From Chloroflexota bacterium (GTDB lineage: Bacteria > Chloroflexota > Anaerolineae > 4572-78): 42,439 nt of DNA. The stretch lies in assembly GCA_011192195.1 (NCBI GenBank), contig DUEH01000001.1:11559-53997 (forward strand), given 5' to 3'. The position numbers and the translations under genes are program-made. The notes under the pieces were generated by a model, which saw only the letters and a program-made list of their open reading frames with translations, was not told the DNA's origin and searched no databases. The first letter of the stretch is position 1, and every line of letters begins with the position of its first letter. Below, one piece after another: positions 32,905-40,329 of this stretch.

Positions 32905-34980
32905 ATGTTGTGGGGTAACACGACAATGGGTAGTTCTGAAGAGACAAATATCAGAAAGAACAAAGCCCGTTCCCGTCTTCGACTCAATCTGGGGGAGCGA
33001 TTGGCCCTTAGCATTGGGGTGATCATTGGCTTGACCAGCCTGGTCCTCTTTTTGTGGCTCTCACATCGCCAGGAAACGCAGGCGCTACGGATGGTTGAAG
33101 CTCAAGCTCAGGCATTGCTGACCGATATGCTGGTCACCCGAGAATGGGTATCCAGTTACGGCGGCGTGTGGACCGACCATCCGGGGGAAATTTACCTGGA
33201 AGAAAAAGACGGCTACTTTCTCAAATCGCCGGCGATGGTCACCAAGGAACTGTCGAATCTTTCGACCAACAAAGGTCTCTACGAATTCCACATCACCAGC
33301 CTCCATCTCAAAAATCCTGATAACGTCCCCGACGCTTTTGAACTGGAAGTCTTGCGCCAATTCGAAGAGGATACTACCCCTGTCAGCCGAGTTGAGGCGG
33401 TAGATGGAGAGCGCTTCTACCGCAAAATGATTCCGCTGCCCACCACAATCTCCTGCCTGGAATGTCACGCCGATCAGGGCTATCAAGTGGGCGATATTAG
33501 GGGCGGCCTCAGCGTGATGTTGCCTATGGCGGAAGTTGATCAGGCGCTAACCGCTAATCGGCAGGCTTTGATGTTGGCTATGGTTGCTATTGTTGCCTTG
33601 ATGGTTGGGCTGCTCTACTATTTTGTGCGACGAATCATTGTCGCCCCCATTGGCAAACTGACATCGGCTACCCAGACCATTGCGGCGGGAAATTACGATG
33701 TTTGCTGCGCTATCCACACCGGCGACGAGTTGGAAACGCTGTCCGATTCTTTCAATCAAATGGTGCAAAATCTAAAAAATTCTCACAACGCTCTGCAACA
33801 ACAAGTGGCTGAACGCACCAGAGAATTGACTGCCCTGTCAGAAATAGCTCTGACCATCAGTCGCTCTGAAGACCTGGAAACGGTATTGAAAGAAGGGCTG
33901 GGACAGGTTATCCAGGCTGCGGAAATGGATAGCGGCGCCGTCCACCTGCTGCAATCTAATGGCGCCCCTTATCTTGTCGCCAACAAAGATTTGCCCGTGT
34001 CCGTAACAAGCTGTATGGCCGATCAGGAAAAAGATAGTGGATTCCTGATTGGAATAAGTCAGGAAAAAATTCCCTTTTTTCATACCAGCCTTGTGAAAGG
34101 AACATGCCAATTTCAAGCCACCGGCGTGCCTTGCCCGGCTGCCGGCGCAGGCTACGGCGCGTTGGTTTCCGTCCCCCTCCGCTCCCGCAATCAGACATTG
34201 GGGACCTTGACACTATTATCCCACCAGGCATACGTTCCCTCTGACGAACTAATACAATTTATAACCTGTATGGGAAACCAGTTGGGCGCAGCCGTATCTA
34301 GCTCTCGCTACCACGAGCAGGTTGAACAACTGGCAACGGTAGAAGAACGCAGCCGCATTGGCCGGGAACTGCATGACAGTCTGGCTCAAACTTTGGGCTA
34401 TCTTAATCTGCAAACCCGCGCCGTCAGCGACCTGCTGCAAGTTGACCAGATACCCCAAGCCATTGACGAACTGAATGAGGCCCGTCAGGTAATCAAAGAT
34501 GCCTACGAAGAAATTCGTCACGCTATCTTTGACCTACGCTACACCACCCACCTCAACGGCGATTTTGGCGCCGCCCTGCGCGAATACCTTTACGAATACG
34601 CTCTCCAGAGCGCCATCCCCGTCGAATTATTGCCGGACGACTCAGCCGCCTGGCGCTTCCCCCCTGAAGTAGAGATCCAACTCCTGCGCATCATTCAAGA
34701 AGCCCTCACAAACGTCCGCCGCCACGCCGAGGCAGGCAAAGCGCGTATCAGCCTTATTCCCGGCGACGGCGTCAGCATCATCCGCATCGAGGATGACGGA
34801 CGCGGCATCCCCCCCCACCACGCCCGCCCCAAAGACCGCCCCCACTTTGGCCTGCAAATCATGCGCGAACGCGCCGAAAGCATCGGCGGCCAACTTACTG
34901 TTTTCCAGAGTGAATGGGGAGGCGCGGTAGTGAAGATTAGCCTGCCCAACGCCTATGACAAGGAGCAGGTGGGCAGGTGA
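32905..34980 (+). CDS. sensor histidine kinase: DUF3365 (c-type haem) - HAMP - GAF - HisKA_3 - HATPase_c
   Basis: N-terminal TM. DUF3365-like LKNPDNVPDAFE...CLECHADQGYQVGDIRGGLSV contains a CxxCH. HAMP (ELETLSDSFNQMV). H-box ERSRIGRELHDSLAQTL. The ATPase region includes RIEDDGRGIP. The exact start is uncertain. Confidence 0.8.
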   Translation: MLWGNTTMGSSEETNIRKNKARSRLRLNLGERLALSIGVIIGLTSLVLFLWLSHRQETQALRMVEAQAQALLTDMLVTREWVSSYGGVWTDHPGEIYLEEKDGYFLKSPAMVTKELSNLSTNKGLYEFHITSLHLKNPDNVPDAFELEVLRQFEEDTTPVSRVEAVDGERFYRKMIPLPTTISCLECHADQGYQVGDIRGGLSVMLPMAEVDQALTANRQALMLAMVAIVALMVGLLYYFVRRIIVAPIGKLTSATQTIAAGNYDVCCAIHTGDELETLSDSFNQMVQNLKNSHNALQQQVAERTRELTALSEIALTISRSEDLETVLKEGLGQVIQAAEMDSGAVHLLQSNGAPYLVANKDLPVSVTSCMADQEKDSGFLIGISQEKIPFFHTSLVKGTCQFQATGVPCPAAGAGYGALVSVPLRSRNQTLGTLTLLSHQAYVPSDELIQFITCMGNQLGAAVSSSRYHEQVEQLATVEERSRIGRELHDSLAQTLGYLNLQTRAVSDLLQVDQIPQAIDELNEARQVIKDAYEEIRHAIFDLRYTTHLNGDFGAALREYLYEYALQSAIPVELLPDDSAAWRFPPEVEIQLLRIIQEALTNVRRHAEAGKARISLIPGDGVSIIRIEDDGRGIPPHHARPKDRPHFGLQIMRERAESIGGQLTVFQSEWGGAVVKISLPNAYDKEQVGR

Positions 34981-35050
34981 GAAAGTGAGCAGGTGAGCAG
35001 ATAGCATCTTCCCGCCTGCTCACTTTCTCACTTTCTTACCTGCCCACCTC
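34965..35050. repeat. period-7 array (CAGGTGG GCAGGTG AGAAAGT GAGCAGG TGAGCAG) with an inverted partner
   Basis: The left arm contains the kinase stop codon. The right arm is CCTGCTC ACTTTCT CACTTTC TTACCTG CCCACCT. Confidence 0.8.
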
Positions 35051-35178
35051 CCCCCGCGCCTCCATAAGAACTACGCCAACCTAGTCCTTCCGGTTAGTTG
35101 CAAAATAACAATCTTGAACCATAGACAGTAAATATTGTTTGGGTGTAGCATGCATGATGAATGGATGGGTAGGTTGTA

Positions 35179-35213
35179 GTGTTGCGTGAAGTGCGAAGCA
35201 CTTCACGCAACAC
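35179..35213 (+). promoter_or_regulatory. perfect 16-bp inverted repeat upstream of the Rieske gene (operator or 5'-UTR hairpin)
   Basis: GTGTTGCGTGAAGTGC-gaa-GCACTTCACGCAACAC. No T-run follows. It ends 54 nt before the start codon. Confidence 0.4.
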
Positions 35214-35266
35214 GAACGCTAACTCAATCCAAAAACGCAAATGACAAAATTTCACAGGAGGAGAAT

Positions 35267-35758
35267 ATGTCATCACAAGAATCGCAAGCCCCCCCCACGA
35301 CGACCCGCCGCAAATTTATGCAAACGGTCATCGCCACATTAGGGGGGATCATCACCGCCGGATTTGCCATTCCGGCCGTTGGCTACGTAGTAGGTCCGGC
35401 GCTGCAAGAGAAGGTAGAGGCCTGGTTTCAGGTGGGAACCGCCAGCAAAATCCCCGTTGGCGAGCCGACTCTCTTGAAAATCAGCATAGAACGGAAAAGC
35501 GGCTGGATAGTAGACACTCAGGAACACGCCTATTACGTCTACACCGAAGACGGGCAGAACTATCAGGCTGTGTCCAATGTCTGCACCCACCTGGGCTGCC
35601 GAGTGCGCTGGATTGAGGACCAGGAAATTTTCTTCTGCCCCTGCCACAACGCCAGCTTTGCCAAAAATGGCGATGTACTCGACGGCCCGCCGCCGCGCCC
35701 TCTGGACAAAGCAGAACTCAAAATTGAAGACGATCAGATTTACATAAAGGGAGGTTGA
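35267..35758 (+). CDS. Rieske [2Fe-2S] subunit of a cytochrome bc/b6f-type complex, Tat-exported
   Basis: The ATG follows AGGAGG. Twin-arginine TTTRRKFMQ. Cluster boxes CTHLGCRV and CPCHNASF. Confidence 0.85.
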   Translation: MSSQESQAPPTTTRRKFMQTVIATLGGIITAGFAIPAVGYVVGPALQEKVEAWFQVGTASKIPVGEPTLLKISIERKSGWIVDTQEHAYYVYTEDGQNYQAVSNVCTHLGCRVRWIEDQEIFFCPCHNASFAKNGDVLDGPPPRPLDKAELKIEDDQIYIKGG

Positions 35759-35759
35759 T

Positions 35760-36416
35760 ATGGCAGCAATAGGCGATTGGTTTGATGATCGATTGGGGTG
35801 GCGCGGGGTATGGGAGACCATATTTGCCCGCAAAATCCCCAAAGTCAATTGGTTTTACACTCTGGGCAGCGCCACCCTCTTTACGGCTATTAGCCAGGGC
35901 ATCACCGGCATTCTGCTCACCCTGTACTACGTCCCCACTCCGGACCACGCCTGGGACAGCGTAGCCTACATTATGTACGAGCTTCCCTTTGGCTGGTTCA
36001 TCAGAGGGGTACACCACTGGGGATCCAGCGTCATGGTGGTGTTGGTCTTCCTGCATATGCTCCGAGTGGTCTTTATGGGATCCTACAAATTCCCCCGCGA
36101 GTTCACCTGGATCACCGGCTTATTATTGCTGCTCCTCACTCTGGGCTTTGGCTTCACTGGCTACCTGCTTCCCTGGGACCAAAAATCGTACTGGGCCACT
36201 ACTGTTGGCACTCGCATTGCCGAAGTTACCCCGGTGATAGGCCACTTCACTCTAAAGGTGATGCGCGGCGGAGAGGAATTGAGCGCCCTCACTCTGGCGC
36301 GTTTCTTTGGCGCCCATGTCTGGGTGTTGCCTATCTCGCTTATTGTGTTGATCAGTTCTCACATGTACCTGATCCTCCGACACGGCATTACAGCGCCGCC
36401 CAAGAAAGGTGAGTGA
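35760..36416 (+). CDS. cytochrome b (b6-type, N-terminal four-helix half)
   Basis: Haem ligand pairs are H-x13-H (HHWGSSVMVVLVFLH) and H-x14-H (HVWVLPISLIVLISSH). The 14-residue spacing is the b6/Firmicute type. Confidence 0.85.
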   Translation: MAAIGDWFDDRLGWRGVWETIFARKIPKVNWFYTLGSATLFTAISQGITGILLTLYYVPTPDHAWDSVAYIMYELPFGWFIRGVHHWGSSVMVVLVFLHMLRVVFMGSYKFPREFTWITGLLLLLLTLGFGFTGYLLPWDQKSYWATTVGTRIAEVTPVIGHFTLKVMRGGEELSALTLARFFGAHVWVLPISLIVLISSHMYLILRHGITAPPKKGE

Positions 36417-36417
36417 A

Positions 36418-38532
36418 ATGAAAAAACAAGAGCAAGAACAATACCTGAAAGATTATAAGAAAGCCAAAGAAAAGGGCATCCCTTTCTTTCCCGATGTCAT
36501 TTTCAAGGACACCATCGCCGCCTTCGTGATATTCCTTGTTCTGATCGCGCTGGCCGTTTTCATTGGCGCGCCTTTGGAGGAACAGGCCAACCCTCAGGAT
36601 ACCAGCTACACTCCTAAACCGGAATGGTACTTCCTCTTCCTCTTCCAGGCCCTAAAATACTTTCCGGGCAACCTGGAGGTCATTGGCGCGGTCATCATCC
36701 CCACGCTGGTGGTCGTTGCGCTGTTCCTCTTACCATTTCTGGATCGCAGTCCCAAGCGCCACCTGATGAGCCGCCCCATCGCCACTATTGTCACCATTCT
36801 GTCCGTGGTATTGATTGTCGGCTTGACCGTTGTTGCCCAACTGGAAGCCCCACCCCCCGCCGAAGCCCACGTTACGGATTTAGCGGCCACGCTCTACGAG
36901 CAGAACTGCTCCAGTTGTCACGGTCAGGTCGTGGAGGCAGGCACCGCCAATTTACACGATGTCATTGTCAGCGGCGGGCACGAAGGGATGCCGGCCTGGG
37001 GCGGTGACTTGAGCGCGGATGAAGTTGACCTTCTGGTTGGCTACATCTCCTCGCCCCAAGGGAACATTGTCTACATTCGCGAGTGCGCCGGTTGCCACGA
37101 AAACGAAATACCGATAGTAGAAAAGCCTATGGAATTGATAGCTATTCTGGACCAAGGCCCGGACCATCCCCTTCACGCCGATACGAAAAAGATACCTTAT
37201 TGGACGGAAGAACTCTCGGGCGGCGAGCGCAACGCTCTACTCAACTTCCTGGCCGCGCCCGACGGTCAGCGGCTCTACACCATCAACTGCGCCGGATGTC
37301 ACGGTATGGGGATTGACCACGTTGCCGAAACAGAAGACCTGGAAGCCGAACTGCTTGCAGTGATCATCCAGGGCGAACACAACCGCGACATGCCCGCTTT
37401 CGACGATACCCTGTCTGAAGTTGAGATTGGCATACTGACCGATTACGTGATGGACCCGGCTAAATCGCCCGCTGGCGCGTCCCTTTTCCAGGCCAATTGT
37501 TCTTCCTGCCACCACGACAGAGTACCCACCTCAGACAAAAAATCCGAGGCCAAAAAAGCGATTTCCGCCGGCGGTATGCATGAAGTAATGCCCGCCTGGG
37601 GCGACGTGCTTACCCCGGAACAGTTAGACGCTTTGGTCGGCTACGTCGCTGAACTGGTGGAAGGAGTTGGCGCCGGTAAAGGCGGCGCTCTCTACCGGGA
37701 TAACTGCGCCCTGTGTCACGGACCCTTCGGCGAAGGCGGACCCAACCCCGGCCAACCCGGCGACGTTATCGCCCCCATCAGCACCTCCGAATACCTGAGT
37801 ACCCGCAACGACTTGACCCTGAAGCAGATTATCTCAATGGGTCAGCCAAACTTCGGTATGTCGCCCTTTGGTTCGGCTCACGGCGGACCGTTGGAAAATG
37901 AAGACATTGATGCCATTGTGGCCCTGATGCGTGCCTGGGAAGCCAACCCGCCGGTAGACCTACCGCCTGAAATTGACGCTGGCATTGTCGCTTATGGCGG
38001 CGAAGAAGTCTTCCTGAACATCTGCGCCAACTGTCACGGACCCGAAGGCAAAGGGGACATCGGCCCGGCCCTTAACTCGGACGATTTCCGCTCTGCCTAC
38101 GATGACGACGACACTTTTGCCGTCGTTGCCGACGGACATGCAGGCACAGTGATGATTGGCTGGGGCAACATCCTCACCGAAGAACAAATTTGGGACGTGA
38201 TTGACTACATGAGTATCTGGGGCGGCCCGCAGCCCGGCGAAGAGATTTTGTTCGCCGAACACATCCAGCCCCTCTTTGACCGCAAATGCTTCCGCTGTCA
38301 CGGCGATAAGCTGGATTCAGGCGACTGGCGCAGCGACACTTACGAAGCCATAATGGAAAGCGGCAAAAACGCGCCCAACATCATCCCCGGCGATCCGGAC
38401 AGCAGTTTGCTCATCCAAAGACTGCTCAACAAGCCATCCGGCGGCGGACAAATGCCCCCCGCCAGGATGATGAACGAGCGTCAAATTCAGTGGGTGATTG
38501 ACTGGGTAGCAGAGGGAGCGCCGAATAATTAA
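36418..38532 (+). CDS. subunit IV (cytochrome b C-terminal half) fused to seven c-type cytochrome domains
   Basis: N-terminal PFFPD...PEWYFLFLFQALKYFP (PetD/QcrB-C like) with 3 TM helices. Seven CxxCH motifs follow (CSSCH, CAGCH, CAGCH, CSSCH, CALCH, CANCH, CFRCH). The last domain resembles a PSCyt1-type domain (IIPGDPDSSLL). The ATG at 36418 lies 2 nt after the cyt b stop; the alternative GTG is at 36409. Confidence 0.8.
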   Translation: MKKQEQEQYLKDYKKAKEKGIPFFPDVIFKDTIAAFVIFLVLIALAVFIGAPLEEQANPQDTSYTPKPEWYFLFLFQALKYFPGNLEVIGAVIIPTLVVVALFLLPFLDRSPKRHLMSRPIATIVTILSVVLIVGLTVVAQLEAPPPAEAHVTDLAATLYEQNCSSCHGQVVEAGTANLHDVIVSGGHEGMPAWGGDLSADEVDLLVGYISSPQGNIVYIRECAGCHENEIPIVEKPMELIAILDQGPDHPLHADTKKIPYWTEELSGGERNALLNFLAAPDGQRLYTINCAGCHGMGIDHVAETEDLEAELLAVIIQGEHNRDMPAFDDTLSEVEIGILTDYVMDPAKSPAGASLFQANCSSCHHDRVPTSDKKSEAKKAISAGGMHEVMPAWGDVLTPEQLDALVGYVAELVEGVGAGKGGALYRDNCALCHGPFGEGGPNPGQPGDVIAPISTSEYLSTRNDLTLKQIISMGQPNFGMSPFGSAHGGPLENEDIDAIVALMRAWEANPPVDLPPEIDAGIVAYGGEEVFLNICANCHGPEGKGDIGPALNSDDFRSAYDDDDTFAVVADGHAGTVMIGWGNILTEEQIWDVIDYMSIWGGPQPGEEILFAEHIQPLFDRKCFRCHGDKLDSGDWRSDTYEAIMESGKNAPNIIPGDPDSSLLIQRLLNKPSGGGQMPPARMMNERQIQWVIDWVAEGAPNN

Positions 38533-38537
38533 ACAAC

Positions 38538-38591
38538 AGTGAAAAATGAATAGTGAATAATTTTTCACTATTCATTTTTCATTATTCATTG
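38538..38591. repeat. period-7 array (AGTGAAA AATGAAT AGTGAAT) with an inverted partner; likely terminator hairpin
   Basis: Read directly. The right arm is TTTTTCA CTATTCA TTTTTCA TTATTCA. Confidence 0.8.
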
Positions 38592-38610
38592 ATTTAGCGC
38601 GGGTTTTCCA

Positions 38611-39270
38611 ATGACTGAAGAAGCGATCAAAATCCTGGTAGTGGACGATCACCCCCTCTTTCGCAAGGGAGTCGTCCATATGCTTCAGGGTGAAACGGAC
38701 ATGGAGATCATCGGCGAGGCGGGCGAAGGTGAAACAGCCCTGAATATGACCCGCGAACTGATGCCGGACATAACCCTGATGGACGTTTCCATGCCCGGCT
38801 GGGATGGCATAAAGGCCACCAGACGGATCATGGAGGAATTTCCCTCAGCGCGCATTGTGATGCTCACTGTCAACGACGATGACCGCTCTCTCTTCAACGC
38901 CATCAAAGCGGGCGCGCGGGGCTACCTCTTCAAAAATCTGGAGCCGGAAGACCTGATCGCGATGGTGCGGGGCGTCTTTCGGGGCGAGGCGCCCATCTCT
39001 CGCATCACGGCCAATCGCATTTTGCAGGAATTTGGCCGTCTTGCCCGCCATGAAACAAAACCCTCGGTGGCTGACCTTAGCCCCCGCGAGAAGGAAATCC
39101 TCAAGTTGGTGGCCAAAGGCGATTCCAACAAAGAAATCGCCAGAGAATTGATCATTACCGAATACACCGTCAAGAACCATTTGCGCAATATCCTGGAAAA
39201 ACTTCACGTCCGCAATCGGGTAGAAGCCGCCGCCATCGCCGTACGAGAGGGGCTGGTGGAAAACAACTAA
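38611..39270 (+). CDS. NarL/FixJ-family response regulator (REC + LuxR-type HTH)
   Basis: ILVVDDHPLFRKG, phospho-acceptor region ITLMDVSMPGWDG, and C-terminal LSPREKEILKLVAKGDSNKEIA...VKNHLRNILEKL. Confidence 0.9.
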   Translation: MTEEAIKILVVDDHPLFRKGVVHMLQGETDMEIIGEAGEGETALNMTRELMPDITLMDVSMPGWDGIKATRRIMEEFPSARIVMLTVNDDDRSLFNAIKAGARGYLFKNLEPEDLIAMVRGVFRGEAPISRITANRILQEFGRLARHETKPSVADLSPREKEILKLVAKGDSNKEIARELIITEYTVKNHLRNILEKLHVRNRVEAAAIAVREGLVENN

Positions 39271-39283
39271 AAACTAAATAAAA

Positions 39284-39445
39284 CACCTCCGAGCCTTATT
39301 GTCTAAGGGACATCGTCCTACGGCAACTGGGCCGATCCTCACCGCGGTGAGGGATTGCCACAAACAGGCGATTACAGGCAGGCGTAGAAATGCGCCGGCC
39401 TCCCGAAGGTCCCCAATTGGGGATACTGACTTGGAAAGGAGGCTT
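39284..39445 (+). promoter_or_regulatory. candidate Moco (molybdenum/tungsten cofactor) riboswitch aptamer
   Basis: The closing helix is CCTCC (39286-39290) / GGAGG (39438-39442). CCUCCGAGCC, GAUUGCCAC (39353-39361), GGCCUCCCG (39397-39405) and GGAAAGGAGG (39433-39442) match my recollection of the RF01055 core. Internal hairpins lie at 39337-39352 and 39410-39423. This has not been verified with a covariance model. Confidence 0.55.
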
Positions 39446-39463
39446 ACAGATGACAATTCTTCT

Positions 39464-39497
39464 GTCGCCAGCTTTCCAAGCTGGCGATTTTTTTTTT
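39464..39497 (+). terminator. intrinsic terminator forming the expression platform of the leader
   Basis: Stem TCGCCAGC (39465-39472) / GCTGGCGA (39480-39487) followed by T10 (39488-39497). It ends 12 nt before the next start codon. Confidence 0.8.
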
Positions 39498-39508
39498 GGA
39501 GATTGGAG

Positions 39509-40042
39509 ATGGCTTCTCTTACTTTACTCACCGGCCCACGCGGCGCGGGTAAAACAAGTTTATGTCTTCATAAGGCCGAAAAGGCGCGGGCAGACGGTCA
39601 GACTGTGGCCGGGTTGCTTTCTCCGGCTCGCTTTGAGCGTAATTACAAAGTTGGCATTGACGCGCTAGACCTCCGCAGCGGACAGCGCCGTCCGCTGGCT
39701 CAACGCCGCAGCAAAGCGACAGGCGGCGCGCCCTTCGACCTTTCGGCTTCGCTCAAGGCAGGCTTTGCTCACCTGCGGCAGCTTGAAACCAGCAACTGGC
39801 GCTTCGACCCCGACGCGCTGGCTTGGGGAGCAGAAGTATTGCGGCAGGCAACGCCCTGCGACCTACTGATAATAGACGAACTGGGACCGCTGGAGTTTGA
39901 GCGCAGAGGGGGCTGGTTAGTCGCACTGGATATCATTACTCAAGGAGACTACCGCCACGCGCTGGTCGTTGTGCGCCCGGAATTGTTAGAAGTGGCTCAA
40001 AATCGCTGGCCCTGGGCGGAAATTTGGCAGGTGGGCGGGTGA
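39509..40042 (+). CDS. small P-loop NTPase (DUF2478/THEP1-like, possibly MobB-like)
   Basis: The ATG follows GGAG. Walker A LLTGPRGAGKTS and Walker B DLLIIDELGPLE. 177 aa. The longer ORF from 39299 would be a translation of the leader RNA. Confidence 0.65.
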   Translation: MASLTLLTGPRGAGKTSLCLHKAEKARADGQTVAGLLSPARFERNYKVGIDALDLRSGQRRPLAQRRSKATGGAPFDLSASLKAGFAHLRQLETSNWRFDPDALAWGAEVLRQATPCDLLIIDELGPLEFERRGGWLVALDIITQGDYRHALVVVRPELLEVAQNRWPWAEIWQVGG

Positions 40043-40127
40043 GCAGGTAAGTGCAAGTAGTTTTTGCTCCAAGCGGTTCCGCGAACCGCGTCTTGGACGT
40101 ACCGACTCCGCCGGGTCTGTCCTGACC

Positions 40128-40258
40128 CAGGGCTGTTCAGTTCTGCGGTTATGTCATTGCGAGGCGCATTTTGCCGAAGTAATCTCCGGCCTGCAATGCG
40201 GAGATTGCTTCGTTCCTCGCAATGACACGCACAGAATCTTTAGAACTGAACAGCCCTG
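40128..40258. mobile_element. 131-bp MITE with perfect 17-bp TIRs and an 8-bp target-site duplication, carrying a family C hairpin core
   Basis: TIRs are CAGGGCTGTTCAGTTCT (40128-40144) and its exact reverse complement (40242-40258). They are flanked by direct TCCTGACC at 40120-40127 and 40259-40266. The internal GTCATTGCGAGG...CCTCGCAATGAC lies at 40153-40226. Confidence 0.8.
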
Positions 40259-40329
40259 TCCTGACCGAAGACGCCGAAGAATCACGAACCCGGCTAGAGC
40301 ATCAGACACAAATAACAAATGACGATTCA

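Noticed and set aside
36409-36417. GTG start for the subunit IV-heptahaem gene that overlaps the cytochrome b stop
   Set aside because: It is possible. I prefer the ATG at 36418, which lies 2 nt after the cytochrome b stop and has a purine-rich AAAGGTGAG just upstream. I keep the GTG as an alternative only.
39299-39508. N-terminal 70 residues of the 247-aa ORF-track protein, and the antisense 85-aa ORF 39274-39531
   Set aside because: This stretch is the structured leader plus the terminator with its T10 run. The P-loop protein starts naturally at the ATG at 39509 after a GGAG.
40222-40329. N-terminal 36 residues of the 522-aa ABC ATPase ORF
   Set aside because: The proposed start lies inside the MITE (TIR and TSD). 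The ABC fold begins at MIELNRL (40330).
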